Assembly: GCF_018350175.1 (NCBI RefSeq)
Contig: NC_058373.1
Location: forward strand, 113,152,001 to 113,216,000
Length of the DNA stretch: 64,000 nt
Reading direction: 5' to 3'
Source of the DNA: Felis catus
Lineage: Eukaryota
Shown here piece by piece: positions 49,870 to 64,000 of this stretch. Below the pieces are notes generated by a model. It saw nothing but the letters and a program-made list of their open reading frames with translations, was not told where the DNA came from and searched no databases. Made by a program: the position numbers and the translations under genes. Position 1 is the first letter of the stretch. Every line of letters starts with the position of its first letter.

Positions 49870-50981
49870 TGTTCAACGAGGTCAGCTCTCGAGGACATGA
49901 AATGTAAACTAGGCTTGGGTGCCAAGTGCTTTCAGCAGAGTCATAGGAAAAATATATGAAAATATATCTGATGCACAGATATGTCAATCAGAAGGAGAAA
50001 ACATGTTGTTTCTTAGAATGTTCAGGGCCTACACAAAAGCAGAAATGATGAGATATTCCTGTAAAAGGCACCATCTGGTCCTGCTGGTCAGCAGGCCTAA
50101 GACCTTGGGGTAACAGATTGAGTGAAAGTCAGCAAAATAACACCTAACGTCATTTCGTTTTCGTTTCTAAAGTTATCCAAGGAAGAGGTTTGGTTTTTGG
50201 TATCAAAGAGGTCTAGACAAAGTTCTGTCCCCTGCCTTGACCTTTGGCTTTGGTTCAGCAGGAGGGACTGTCTCAGGGAGCTGCCTGCGGGCAAGCCAGG
50301 GAGGTGTAGTAGGCACTAGTAGATGTCCTTGACTGTCCACCCAGAGGTGGCTGGCAGACTGCCTATCTTTAAAGGACTCTTGGGGACCCTACTACAGAAA
50401 AGGATAGGTCCTAAATCAGATTAATCCCAATTGGATTAGAGCTGAATCCTGGAATATATGCAAAATTTGAAAGGTCCTGATCTATACTTCTGGGTGCTTT
50501 ATAGTTTATGAAAGAAGGGCTTAGGTCTGGGTGCTCCCATGTCAGAGCTTCCTCTAGCTTTCAGCAATCAACCTAAGACTCAAAAACAGGTGCAGGGGTG
50601 CCAAGCATACACCATAACTGGCAAGGTCTCCTGGAGATGGAGCAGGAACTAGATGGGAGGTTTAATTCAAGGCCTGAGCAGCATCTCATGAAGGTTAGGA
50701 AGGGGGAGTGTGAGGGCTAAGGTCCGATCGCAGCTAACAGTCAGATGTTTAAAAGTCAGGTATATAGCAGGGATCTGGATTGTCAACCTACATAAGATTC
50801 TTACTACTGTGCAGAGAGCAGGGGATGGGGTTGGTTATAAGCAACAGAGTCAACTAACATAAACCAAAAAGGAGTTAATTGGAAAATGCTGAGGGGCACC
50901 TCAAGGAGTCAAAGGAAAGGCCAAAGGACACGCTTAGAAAAAAAAAACCCAAATGGTGGGATGTTTTAAACTCTCACCAAC

Positions 50982-51098
50982 TAGGGTTACCAATGTGCCC
51001 TGGTCTGCCCAAGACTTTCCCAGCTTTGGCACAGGAAGTCCCACATCCTAGGAAAGGCCTTTAAGGTCCCAGGCAGACCAGGGTGACTGGTCATCCTA
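50982..51098. mobile_element. MER81-like hAT-Blackjack MITE
   Basis: Terminal inverted repeats TAGGGTTACCA ... TGGTCATCCTA around a 117-bp element. Confidence 0.65.
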
Positions 51099-51395
51099 CA
51101 ACCAGCAGGGTGGTGGGCCAGAGTTGACCAGAGAAAATTCCTCATGGGCAATGTTCACAAAACTTTTAATAACATAAATGTCTATTCCATTTTACAATAT
51201 TTTCTTCACTGAACCGGAATCTAATGCCCTTCTTGTTGCTCCAAGCCTTTGATGCAGTCACTCTTACATTCAGTCTTAGAGGGGAGGCTAGGATGTGCTC
51301 CCGGTGAATTAAACTAAGCTGACTAAATTTGAACTACATCCACCAAGCTAAATCTCAGAGGAGCTCAGCAACTTGTCAAGAGTCATATAGATAGT

Positions 51396-51600
51396 TGGGC
51401 TGCCTTGGTGGCTCAGTTGGTGTCCAGCTTGATTTCGGCTCAGGTCGTGACCTCACGGCTCATGAGGTCGAGCCCCACATTAGGCTCTGTGCTGACAGTG
51501 TGGAGCCTGCTTGGGATTCTCTCTGTCCCTCTCTCTCTCTACTCTTCCCCCCGCTTGTGCTCTCTCTCTCTCAAAATATATAAAAATAAACTTAAAAAAA
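51396..51600 (+). mobile_element. CanSINE (older)
   Basis: SINE body and A-tail; degenerate TSD AAGAGTCATATAGATAGT / AAAAGTTATACAGATAGT. Confidence 0.9.
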
Positions 51601-51821
51601 AAGTTATACAGATAGTAAGTGGCAAAGCCAAGGTTAGACTTAAGTCTGATTCGATACCTGTGCCGTTCCCCCACCATTGCCCTCCTCTGGGGTGTCCTAA
51701 TACTACCAGTCCCTGGAGACCCCAAGGTCTGTGGGTGTGATGGGGGTCTGAGCTTCCTGGTAGCTTCAGGAGGGCCTCGGAAGGCCCATATCACAAAGGT
51801 TAGAGCATATGAGGTGAGGTG

Positions 51822-51823
<2 letters not shown>

Positions 51824-51868
<45 letters not shown>

Positions 51869-51900
51869 CGCGTGTGTGTGCACGTGCATGCACGTGAGTG
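51824..51900. repeat. (GT)n followed by mixed alternating purine-pyrimidine tract
   Basis: Directly visible. Confidence 0.9.
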
Positions 51901-53494
51901 CAAGAGAGAGAGAAGGAGAGAAAGAAGGAGAGAGGTTTCATTTGTAGAGCTCTGCAGGACCCTGCATGCAATCTTCTCCAGGTTGGGAATGCTTATGTAA
52001 AGAGAAGGGTTTGCAGAAACCAAACAGACCCACCCTTCAGTTATGCTAACCCCATCCATGACCCAGCCTCTAGGAGGACATGCTAAGGGTACAAGGGACC
52101 CCAGGCTCTGCCTGCAGTCCTCCCCTGCCTGGTCCTGTTCCCTCAGGAGGGACCTCACAGTTTTCCATCCTTAAGAACTCTCTCCATCTCTCTTCCCTAT
52201 CCCCTCCCCCTGACAAGGCCTCCAGCGACTTCCACACTCTGACCCCTGACCCCATCCCATACTTCTCCTTACCCACTGCCTCACCAAGCATCAGCCACAG
52301 TGGCCTTTGAGATGTTCCTCAAACTATCCGAACTTACTCCCAGCTTTGGGCCTTTCTACTAACAGTTTCCTCTGCATGACATCATCCCCATCTTCACAGG
52401 CTGATCCTCCTCATTATCCAGATTTCAAGCCAAATATCATCTCTTCCCAAAGACCTTTCAGGGCCACTCAATCTAAAGGAGCTCCCTGTTCATTTGCATA
52501 CCCATCTGTTTTAATGTATTACAACCTGTTATTTTCTTGTTTATCATCTGTCCCTCCTGCCTTGGTTTACAAGACATTTCATGATCTAGGCTGGGCTTCC
52601 TGTGAGCTCCATTGTTCACCCCTGGGAGCTCATGCAGACCCACAGAGACCCTGCTCTGGGTTCCCTGCCTTGCACGTGGGGTCCTTTCTACCTGGAGGCT
52701 GATCTTTGCCCCACCTCCCCCTTTGCCCCACCTCCCACTCTCCAGGTTGTATCAGACAGAGAAATATTTCCTGACCCCTAAACCTAGTTAATTCCTTCTC
52801 CCCTACATCAGCCCAACAGGGTTCTCGGTGCCCCGTAATTCAGGTAAAGGCATCACACAGGGAGGGCAGAGATGAGTGTTCCCTGTTCACTGTTGTGCTG
52901 TGGGTCTAGCACAGGACCTGGTGCACAGTAGGGTAGATGGACAAATGAAATCTGCTGCATCGACAGCACTGGAAGAACTCAGCCATTGTGGCTGGCAGGC
53001 TGTCACACTGAGAGTTTCCAGGGAGACAGCTCCCACCTGAGTGTGCCTGAACTAACCTGAGAGCTGGGGGTAGATGAAGACCATGCTGCTGGCAAAAGGC
53101 AAGGTGTAAGACTGTTCCAATGAGAGGAGCACGGGGACAGGGAGCAGGGGCTGCAGGGAAGTTACATGCTGTTCCCTCCAGATTGCACAGGACTGAGGGG
53201 GAGGTGAGGAATGAGGCCAAACCACAGAGGGCTATATAAGACTGGAGGAGGCAGAGAGCTTGATACTAAAGATAATGGGAGATCATTAAACAAGTCTGGA
53301 ATAGGGAGTGAAATGGTCAGATCTGCATCTAAACGGAAAAACCACAGCAGCTGGAAGTGTTTTGGGATGGAGAGCTTCATCCTCAACCTAAATCCTTGAG
53401 ATCTGTCCCAGGGCACCTCGCACTAACTTCTAGCTCTTGCTCTTAATCAGTACAAGATGCAAAGGCTTCGGTAGAAATCTCCCTCCTTAATCCT

Positions 53495-53950
53495 TGTAGT
53501 GGGTTCAGTAGTGCTCCCCCCCCACCTCCGCCGCCCAAATATTTAGCCACATTTAAATCCCAGAACCTGGTGAATGTGACCTTATTTGGAAAAATAATTA
53601 AGTTAAGGATCTTGAGATGAGATCATCCTGGATTACTGAGATGGGCCCTAAATCCAAAGACAAGTGTCCTTAGAAGAAGCAGAAAAGAAGACTCAGATAG
53701 AAGAGGAGGAAGCCATGTGACCAGAAACTGGAATGGAACAGCCACAAACCTAGGAAGCCAAGACATGCCAACAGCCACCAGAAGTTGGAAGGGGCATAGA
53801 AAGATTCTCCCCTAGTTTCCAGAGGGAAACCCCTGTTGATACCTTAATTTTAGATTTCTGACTTCTGAACTGTGAGAGAATAAATCTGTGTTGCTTTAAG
53901 CCACCCAGTTTGTGGTAATCTGTTACAGCAACCCTAGGAAACTAACATAA
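53495..53950 (+). mobile_element. MLT1 (MaLR) solo LTR
   Basis: 'gaatgtgaccttatttggaaa...gatcttgagatgagatcatcctggatt...agccaccagaagttggaagggg...aactgtgagagaataaat...ttgtggtaatctgttacagcaaccctaggaaactaacata'. Confidence 0.85.
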
Positions 53951-54567
53951 CTCCATACTCAAACTAAGATGCAGCCTCAGGGGCCCTTCACCATTGGTGG
54001 ACCCTTATAAACTTGGAAATCTTCCTTTCTGTTTGGAAGGTAGGCTTGTAATAGAAGCATGGAGCCAGACCAGACTGTCAGTATATCCTTCTCTATAGTT
54101 CTTGGCACTGAAAGGACACCTTTGTCCACACCAAGAAATGTATCACCAGAATGAAGCAATAGACAAATCAATGGAGCTGGGTCTTGGGCCAAGCTCCAAA
54201 GATGCTGAGAGAGAAGCTGGCAGGGCTCTGTGGAGACTAATGGTTTGGTAAAATCAGTAGGACAGTGAGTTGCTCTATGGTGGTGGGCACAGATATGGCA
54301 GAAATGGTCATTGTTCAGATGGTATTCGTAGCTTCAGGTTCCCAAAGGGGACTGTGGTGCTCTGGAACATTCAGGGTGGGCTTACTGGGACCAACTTACT
54401 TTAAGACTTCACTCATTGAGCATTCCTTGAAGTACCCACTGTGTGCTGGTTTTGTTCTGCACTGTATCCATCTAGGCACCTCCTAAGGCATAGTCAACAT
54501 CTATATTTCTGCACAGCCACCAGCCAGCCCACCTCTGAAAAGCACCAGTACTCAACCTGAAGGTCTA

Positions 54568-54569
<2 letters not shown>

Positions 54570-54605
<36 letters not shown>
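54570..54605. repeat. (GT)n microsatellite
   Basis: Directly visible. Confidence 0.95.
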
Positions 54606-54607
<2 letters not shown>

Positions 54608-56899
54608 TAGGGAATCCTTACGTATCCCTGTAGATAAGCCAGGTTCCTCTGTTAGAAATTTCTCTTTTGCAGAGCTAAGCAACATTGCAATGACTTAACT
54701 ATCTGTGTGAGTGTCCAATCAGTGTCTTTCTCACGAGCTAACTGTAAGCACCCCCACCCCGATGACTACTCTGGCTCACTGCAGGTGTCCCATAGGAGTT
54801 GAATAAAACAGGTCAATTCTCAGGTGCATCTGAGTTTTCAGAAGGAGAAAGATTTCACCTGGTAGTTTCAAACCCTCTGAGAGTGCCAACAGCTAGAGGC
54901 TCAGGCTTAATCTTAAGAGAAATAAGTAGAATCAAAGGTAAAAGGCCAAAGGCAAAAATAAGGCCATGTGTGGGAGGGGAAGAGATGTCAATCCTAAACC
55001 CACAGCTGCCAAAGGCCACAATTTTACAACACTCCGTCCACAAGAGGAATCCTTGTGCCCATTTTCTTTTAGGTTTTGACTAAGATGGCATCCTATAGCT
55101 CCTTCCTCATAACCTAATCCCCCCCCACCTCAGCTCTCCCCCTCCTAAAGAGTCATTTCTCTTTGTGAATAGCATTTGGATGGCTGGACTCTAATGAAAT
55201 CCAGAATCTCATCAAAATAGGAAAGGGCACCTGACACACCACAAATCCTCCCCAAAGGGTCTTCTGCTTACACTGAAACAAAAAAGTGATTTGCAGAGAA
55301 ATAGGGCAAATCGGTTACAGACTTGTTGCCACCACATTTCCTCTATAAAAAAGGGATGTAACAGTACCCACCTCAAATGGGAGAAAATTTGAGATTGTGC
55401 ATGAACACTCATCACTGTGCCCAAGTTGCAGTCCCAATACTTGAAGTCTCAGTGTTAACTGTGGTAAGAACTGCAGCTACTGTAAAATTATTGAGACAAA
55501 TTCCTATAACTTGTGGTATGATCAGTCAGTTTCTCCCTTTTCCTATACCTGTTTCCCTGCCCACCAAACACAGGCAGTCCAGATATCCTTGGTTGTACCA
55601 GGGGGCAGTATGGACAAAGCACTTTTCTGAGATGGGCACCCCAGAAGGAAAGGCAAGATTATGGTCATTCATTTGTTGTTGTTAATTGAATATTAGACTC
55701 TTGTGAAGGCTGGGCAGATGTCAGAAGATGTAGCCAAGGTCCTTGGCATTAGCTCTCCTTGTCTCAATGCAGTATTGACAGAAGGTCCTTTTGGATTGAA
55801 TGACAGTGGGGCAGAGGAGGTTAAGGAAAGTATCAAGAAAGAAAGGCATCCATTGAGTAGAGTACAGAAGGGGCTGGCCAGTTAAGAAGAGTCTTGGGTC
55901 CCCTCAGACTTCTTGTTTTGAGCCCTGCCTCTTGCCTTTTCTCTGAAGCTCCATAAGGTAGACCCTGTTTCATTATGCTTGCCTCTTTCTATAAAAACCT
56001 GCTCTAAGGGAATAGCCTTATATATTTGTTTATACAAACATGTAAATGGCCATTGGGGCTTTATGCTTACTCATTTTTATAAGGGGAAACGCTTTCAGTC
56101 AAAGAAATTAATACATTGAAGTGAGTGCAGGAAACAGGGGCCTCCCCAATGACTCAGAAAACACACTGCCTACTGCATCCAGAAAACCAGTGGCTGTGGC
56201 AGGGGCGGGGGGGACCAAGCCATCTGAGTTTAGTTGAACTGACTGAACAATTTCTGAATGCTACATTCTTTTCCTGTGGAAAGTGGGCAGGAGCATGGTA
56301 GGGGAGAAGAGGACAAGGGACACAAGACAGAGCAGAAGTACACAAAGTAGGGAGGGATTATTCCCTCCAAATGTACCTCTCAGGGAAAGAAGAGTTGCCA
56401 GGGAGGAGTGCAGAGCTCTGTTTCTTCAAAGCATGACTTTGGTGTAATGGAAAGTAAGGAGCTCTGGTGGCTCAGCTCTTTGGAGTACCCTCAGCCTCCT
56501 TCCTTGGCCCCTTCTGGCTCATGACACTCCAGGTCATGGCTGGTGTGTTTTAAGAGGAGCTCATCTCCTGGGCAAATTCAGTCAACTTGTAGCCAACCTG
56601 AATACTGCCCAGGGCTCCCCATCTGCTTTGCAACCTAGGACCAAAGAATGGCCAGATTATGGATCATATTATGTTCCTGGTGAGGGGTGGAGGGTTGGGC
56701 AGAGAATCCAGGTTACCAGGAGGGTCAGAGCAGAGATAGTGAAAAGGACTGTCAGGGGGTGCCACCTGCCCTCCCTACAGGGTGGCTCCACCAGCAGCCC
56801 TCTTGGTTTAAGACAGTGTCATGACATGGTATGAAGGGTTTGGCCTCCAGCAGCCCCTAGGAAAGGGGCTCCAAAACAGAAGAAACAGAGATGGATCAG

Positions 56900-59800
56900 A
56901 GCCAGTTCTGGAACACAAACACCAGTATATTTGATGTGCACAAATGTGAAAAGGAAGAGACAAAGAGACCAATGAAGACAAAGCAGGCAATGGGCGCACA
57001 AACCAGTCGTGTGTCCTTCTGAAGAGCTGCCGCAGTTGGGAGACAGTCCCACCCACTTCGAAGGTGGGAGAGCCGGGACCTGCAGCTCCTCCATGTCTGG
57101 GGTGGCTTCAGGGTAGAACGTACTCTCCCTGCCTTCACCATAGCTCAAGGGCTGGACCTCTTTCCTTTCTGATTTCCCTGTGATGATGTCTGCACAGCCC
57201 AGAGCTTCATAAATATAGGTTCTCAGGAACTGACCCATTCAGTGCTGCCTCCCTAAGGAGACCCATGCAGAGAGTGAGGGACTAGGACAAGAGGATTTCA
57301 TGGGCACTCCCTATGTATTATTGCTGTAAATAAGCATAGGCCATTGTGACTCACTGGCATCAGAGGGGACAGGGCATAAGGGACAGGATGCCTAGCAGAC
57401 ATCAGAAGCGGTTCAACCATGCAGGGCAGCACATGGCGATCTGTAACTCAGAAATGCTGCCACGTCCAGTGGAGAGAGACCCAGGACACCAGAGGTTCAC
57501 AAACAGCAAGCAGACTCTTCCTGCCAGCACCCCCACTGACAGAGCTGGGGTGCCTGGGCACTAAGGGATTAGGGCCCTGAAGATACCAAAAAAAAAAAAA
57601 AAAAAAAGCAAGAGTTGAAATCAGAGCTACTCCTGGTGATTTCTGAGCCTTCAGACCCTGAACTCATGCCCTGGATCAGTGCCCGCCTTTGCTGGGGACT
57701 CTGTGCCCTATGAGGGACAATAAGAGCCACAGGGCACCTGGATGAAGCAGAAAAACAGTGCTCTGTACATGTCAGGCAGGCAGGTTTACTGTGGGGCCTC
57801 CTGTACTTGGGAGTTTGTAGGGCCCAGAGAAAAGACGGTGCCAGGGAATGCCCATGAGGCAACATCTGGAGTGGACAGACCCAATGGGCCATCCAAGGGC
57901 TTGCTCTGACTGAGAATCATGGAGGCCCTATGCTGGCAGACATCAACAAGCTGACCACAGATTCGGTCGTGGCAGGGGAGGGCAAAGGTGGGTGGTGTGG
58001 TCTAAGAGCCCACATGGGGGGCCTGGAAGGGTGTTGGGGTCCAGAAAACTGGGATATCACAGAATTAAGGGAGAAGGCCAAGGAAATAATTTCCCAGAGG
58101 GAACAGGGAAGCCAGATGATATTTTCCCTCTAGAATCCCTTCCACCTGTAGATAGAAACCTGAATCTCTGGATGCCCCAAAGCCCTGGAATTGGGGCCAC
58201 AGCAAAATCAAAGGTAGGTCTGGCCCTTGCAGAATGTAGTTCATGCCTGGATTTGAGGAGCCTGGCAGGGACACAGAGGCTGGAAGGTGCCCTTCATCCT
58301 GTCCTGGACAGGGTTAACCGCAGAAAACAACCAGCCTTTTTCCCCATCTGGGATACCACTCCTGCCCATCCCCAGCCCACCAGCCCTGGCTCACACCCTG
58401 ACTAGTGCTGTCTGCACAGTCTAGGTAGAGCAGCACAGCAAGGAAGAGCAGATTCTCTCCACAGGCAGTATTATCGTTTTATAATGATCCATAAAAAGGG
58501 AAAGGCAAATTTCTATCTAAGACTCCTAGTGCGTCAAGAGACCACATGCCACAGCATTGGCTGCATTCTGATGGACCTCTCCCTTCAGGGAGTGGGGACA
58601 GAGCCAGAAGTGGGCTGGAGTGAGGACTTCACCTGTCCACTGCCAGCAATGGACCTGTCACAGAGGAAGGGCGGGGGGGAGGCTGGCAACCAAGATGACA
58701 AAGCCCATGAGCATGGCAGGGCTAATACTGCTTAAGGAGTAAGCTCAAAGGGTCAGCCTTGCTGGGAGGGGTGGGAAGGGGGTAGCGCTGACCAGATTTT
58801 GCTGCAGGGCTGGGGCTATGGCAGAACCAACTGACCCCCTCCCACTAAGGATGCTCCAAAGACCCTCTCAAAGCTGAAAGGCTGTCTTCTTTTTTTCCCT
58901 CACTTATTCTCCATGGGTCTCCCAACACCGGATTCCTGCTCCTCCATCCCCTAGAAAGCTCAATTCCCCCTGACTGGCTTGAAAAGAAACTATATGCCTT
59001 TATCACAACCCTCCTCCCCTAAACTGATTTGTCTCTAGGTCCCCATTGTGGATCTGGGGTGGCCCATCTCGGCCTGTGTGTTGGGGGAGGGTATATCATT
59101 CAATTTTTGCTGGGCCACTGAGGGGAGGGGGCACAGAGAAGAGCACCGGGGCATTGCCACAGCCCACCAGACAGGTGGGGAGGTGTAACAGGGGAACTTC
59201 CCAGTCATCAGGCCAGCAGAAATAGTGGAGGGAAGGCAGCAACAGGGTGGGCAGGGTCTGTCTCAGGGTTCTATCTCTGGCAGCTGCTGTGTTGATCAGG
59301 GAGTTGGGGAGGGGGGCCGGTGGGGATGACAGACATGGATAAAGGGGCTGCTAGTGGTAAAAGCCTTGAAAATAAAAGAGAAAGGGGGGAAACGCCACCG
59401 AACACACAGGGATTGAAACCTCCAAAAGCCCAAGGTTGGTGGGAATCCAGCACCAGGGTGGGGGGGTCCCCAGAAGGCCAAGGGAGCGTCGGAGCCCTGG
59501 GGGAGGGGAGAGGAGCCAAGGGAAGGCCTCCAGCCCTGGCAGACCAGCACTACTGCCAAGCAGCCTCCTGGCCGCCCAGTCTGTCCTTAGGCTGCAGCTC
59601 AGCAGGCCCCCGGGGAGGTATTGGTTGCAAGCAAGCACCTGAATATTGCCTAATGGAACCAGCCAAAGCCCAACTTAAACCACGTGAGAGGAGAGAGGAG
59701 GCCTGGCAGCAGCCCAAAGCCTCCTCAGGCCTCCTCAGGCTTCTCATCTTCTGCCCCATTCTCAGAGTCCCTTAGCCAGGACAGGGCCTGCTGCTTCCAA

Positions 59801-60083
59801 AGTCACCCAGGTGGTCAAGTCGCTGCTTAGCCATAGGCCTCTGGCCGCCAGCCTCTGAGCTGGGCAGGGATCCACAGACCCTTCCCAGAGTCCCCGGGCT
59901 ACCTCGACACCCGCCCCCCACACCCGGTCCCGCCCCCGGTGGACGGCGAGGGTGTGTGCCCTAAGGGGCTGAGGCCAGACCCGGGCCAGGGCTTGTGCTG
60001 TTCAGAAGACGTAACCCCACCAGCTTGGTACCTCTGTCCACCGGGTCCATGAGAGAGCCCCGGGCCCCACCCACCAGTCCCAT
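56900..60083 (-). other. TMEM229B: Putative TMEM229B 3'UTR (distal end uncertain)
   Basis: About 3 kb with no obvious interspersed repeats downstream of the stop; candidate variant poly(A) signal AATATA at 56926-56931 followed by GU/U-rich sequence. Confidence 0.5.
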
Positions 60084-60722
<639 letters not shown>

Positions 60723-61084
60723 CTACCTTTCTCTTTGGTTACCAGTCATATTCTTGACACTATTTCATGTTCATTACTTTATTCCCTATTCCTCACCTTA
60801 GCCAGGTGGGCATGAGAAATGAAAGGAAGAAAATGAAAAGTTCCACTGGCTTCCTCTGACCAGCCCTACTCAAATACTATTGGAAGGAGGTATATCCTAC
60901 ACTCCCTAAACTTTGTTTGGATTATCTGTGGTCAGTGGAAGAGCTGGCTGTCCTGGCCTGCCAGTCACCCCCATTTCTAGGCTACTAGCTGATTCATCTC
61001 TTCCTGCACTTCTTTTCAAACAACTCCACATCACTCATATTTCTGGGATCTTTCTAAGCAACCTATCACATTTATCTTGTGCGT

Positions 61085-62070
61085 GTGTGTTAGTTAACAT
61101 ATACATAACATGTACTGCGTTAGCCATTTTTAGGTGTACAGTTCAGTGACATTAAGTACAGTCACACTGTTGTGCAACTGTCACCATCATCCATCTCCAA
61201 AATTTTTTCATTATCCCAAACTGAAATTCCATACTCATCAAACACTCGCTTCTCACCCCCTCCCCCCCACCCTGGCAACCGTCATTCCACCTTCTGTCTC
61301 TATGAATTTTACTACTCTAGTTACCTCTTTTCAGTGGCATCATATTGTAATTGCCCTTTTAAGACTAGCTTATTTCACTGAGCATCGTGTCTGCAAGGTT
61401 CATCCATGTTGTAAGCATGTGTCAGAATGTCCTTCACTTTTTAAGGCTGAATAATATTCATTCCACTGTGATCTAGCTACCTATCTAGATATGTCACATT
61501 AAAAAAACATTTTTTATGTTTATTTTTAAGAGAGAGACAGAGCATGAGTAGGGGAGGGGCAGAGAGAGAGAGAGAGACAGAATCTGAAGCAGGCTCCAGG
61601 CTCTGAGCTGTCAGCACAGAGCTTGATGTAGGGCTTGATGCAGGGCTCAAACTCACGAGATGTGAGATGATGACCTGAGCTGAAGTCGGACGCTTAATCC
61701 ACTGAGCCACCCAGGCACCCCCTATGTCACCTTTTATTTATCCATTTGTCCATGAATGGGTTGCCTCCACCTTTTGGCTATTGTGAACACTGCTGCTATG
61801 AACATGGGTATACAGATATCTGTTCTAGTCTCTGCTTTCAATTCTTTTGGATTTATATCCAGGAGTAGAATTGCTGAATCATATGGTGATTCTGTGTTTA
61901 TTTTCTGAGGAATAGCCTTGCTGTTTTCCACAGCAGCCATACCATTTTACGTTCCCACCAACAGTACTCAAGGATTCCAATTTCTCCACATCCTTGCCAG
62001 CACTTGTTATTTTCTGGTTTTTTGATGATGGTCATCCTAATGGGTTGAAAGTGGAAGCTCGTTGTGGTCA
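61085..62070 (-). mobile_element. Old L1 (L1MA/L1MB-like) 3' end in the TMEM229B intron, interrupted by a SINE
   Basis: 'gtgtacagttcagtgacattaagtaca...aaggttcatccatgttgta...aggctgaataatattc'; reverse ORF ESPYDSAILLLDINPKELK...CIPMFIAAVFTIAKRW. Confidence 0.85.
61498..61722 (-). mobile_element. CanSINE (SINEC_Fc-type) nested in L1
   Basis: TSD TATGTCAC (61490-61497 / 61723-61730); internal 12-bp tandem duplication 61621-61644. Confidence 0.92.
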
Positions 62071-63954
62071 CATTTGTCTTTCACTGCTCCATTAAGCAGG
62101 TTTTGGTGTTGGTTCCAATGTTGAAAGGAAACCAGTGGGCTGACAGTCCTCTCTTACTTCGTATTGCCTTCCTCTTCTCTCTTCTCAACCCCACCAGTCT
62201 TTAAGGCTCCATCCTGCTTCCCTGAAGGCTGGCCCCCAGATCTCTCAGCTTTTTCCTTGCCCTCCATCAGTGACTGTCTGGATGACTCAGTTGCCTCTTT
62301 CTCCAGTGCCACCCTGTTTGCTGTTATAAGGCATATGCCCTCTGATCCAGCTAGCTAGTACACAGCTAGCTAGCTGTGTATTCCTTGAGGGAAGGGACTA
62401 TTTTCCAGTCCTCTGTTCTGCAGCCTTGGCACAAGCCTCTCCAGAGCAGGCAGTCTCTAAACGATGCATGTTTGGGTGTGTGTGTGTGAGGGGGGTGAGG
62501 GGAGCAGTTCAGGGCTGCATCAGGAATGGAAAGGCAGATGATGAAAACATGCATCCCAGCTCTGTCAGCTGCCAGTGGACACCAGGCTTGACACTTCTGT
62601 CAAGGTGGGAGAGGGGACAGAGGTTAACAAGATGTATATGTAGTCTGCATGCCTGTCTGGGAATCCCAGCCTCATCTTTCAGCTAACACAGACCTAGTCA
62701 CAATTAATAACCCACCTCAATACCCTCCCTTGTGGATTGCTTTGTGGTCTTCCAAGCACTTCCATTTACATTTTGTCATTGGTTTTTACAAAATTAAGAT
62801 TCATATGAATGACAGGTAGTTTAACTCCTGTTTTTTAAGAGAGACAGTTGGGGCTCAGAGAGAGGTCATTTGCCCCATATCCCAGGGCCAGTAGATGGAA
62901 AGGCTAAGACTAGGATCCACATCTCCTGGTTTCTGCTTCAGCACCCATCCCCTTGCACACCACTGCCCATCTAGACATGTGCGCCTGATGGTACTCCCCT
63001 CCTCAAAAACATTCAGTGGCCCCCCATTTCCTAATGAAATGTCACAGCATTCTTGGCCTGGCATTCAAGACTCACTAGGATCTCATGCCAGCCTACTTTT
63101 TCAGCCTTATTCTCACAGGCCAACTCTCCCGGTCTTCCCTCCCCTCCTTGTAGATTCTATCCGTGTATTTCCTGTGGCCTTTCCTCTCACCTCCACAAGC
63201 ACAAACCCAGCTTCCAGGTTACCTTCAGAACAAAATCTTTTTCATCCTCCCCGCCACAGTCCTCCCCTCCCCCCACTAAATAGCCATAGCACTCACTCTA
63301 TCTCTCTTTGGCCCAGATGATTTCCTGTTTTATTATGTTGATAACATTCAGTCCCCATCCAGATGTTTTTCCTGTGTTCTGCACCTCTGTATCCCACTCC
63401 TTCCTGAACACTTCCACCTAAATGTCCTATAGGCACCTCAAATCCTTTCCTAAATCAGACTCATTATCTTTTCCCCAAAACTTGTCTTCCTCCTGTGACC
63501 CCAGTCTGATTAAAGGAACCACCAAGCACCCAGTTAGCAGCCAGAGGCTCTAGTGTCATGCTAACTTCCTCTGCTGCGTCTCCACTCGAACATGAGCTCC
63601 CTGAGAATAAGGACCTTGTCCGTCTGGTTCAGTACTGCATCCCCACTGCCTACAATAGTGTCTGGCACACAGCATTCAATGAAAAAAAAAAAAAGACATT
63701 TATTAATAGTTTATAATTGCTACGTAAGTCATTCCAAAACTCAGTGGCTTCAATCAACTCTCATTTGTTACTACTACTTGTGTGTCTGGGTTAGGGGATC
63801 TTGGGTGGCCTCGATCATGAGACTGCTTGTCATTTGGGGGTTCTGTCCTATCCTTGGCTGGGGTGGCTCTTATCTACTTATCTCACATCCCAGGCACGCT
63901 TTCTCATGGCAAGGGCAGAAGCACATGAACGAGCAAGCCCTGCTGCACCCATGC

Positions 63955-63996
63955 TTTTTTTTTTTTTTTTAATTTTTTTTTTTTTTTTTTTTTTTA
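63955..63996 (-). repeat. Poly-T tract, probably the A-tail of a retroposon continuing beyond the window
   Basis: T-run at the window end; element body not visible. Confidence 0.5.
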
Positions 63997-64000
63997 CTGT

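Noticed and set aside
49586..49987. ORFs with EGRGG/PSPPL repeats
   Set aside because: Translation of the (CCCCT)n repeat.

Overview
Mammalian genomic DNA, most likely a cat-family (feliform) genome, judged from about 15 tRNA-derived CanSINEs of SINEC_Fc type. Two genes are recognisable, both on the minus strand: the first coding exon and CpG-island promoter of PLEK2 (~2.8-3.4 kb) and the single coding exon plus 3'UTR of TMEM229B (~56.9-60.6 kb). The ~54 kb between them is repeat-rich intergenic DNA: SINEs (many with target-site duplications), L1/L2/MIR remnants, MaLR (MLT1) and MER21 LTRs, hAT MITEs, microsatellites and a 1.65-kb CA-rich low-complexity tract. The most informative structure is a decayed, 5'-truncated ERV-L provirus (gag-pro-RT-RNaseH-IN-dUTPase-PPT-MLT2 LTR, ~31.5-38.0 kb) carrying nested insertions, including a head-to-head SINE hairpin. 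I found no convincing previously undescribed biological system; the findings are modest, testable observations. Repeat subfamily names are from recognition of consensus motifs, not from a search, and boundaries of old repeats are approximate.
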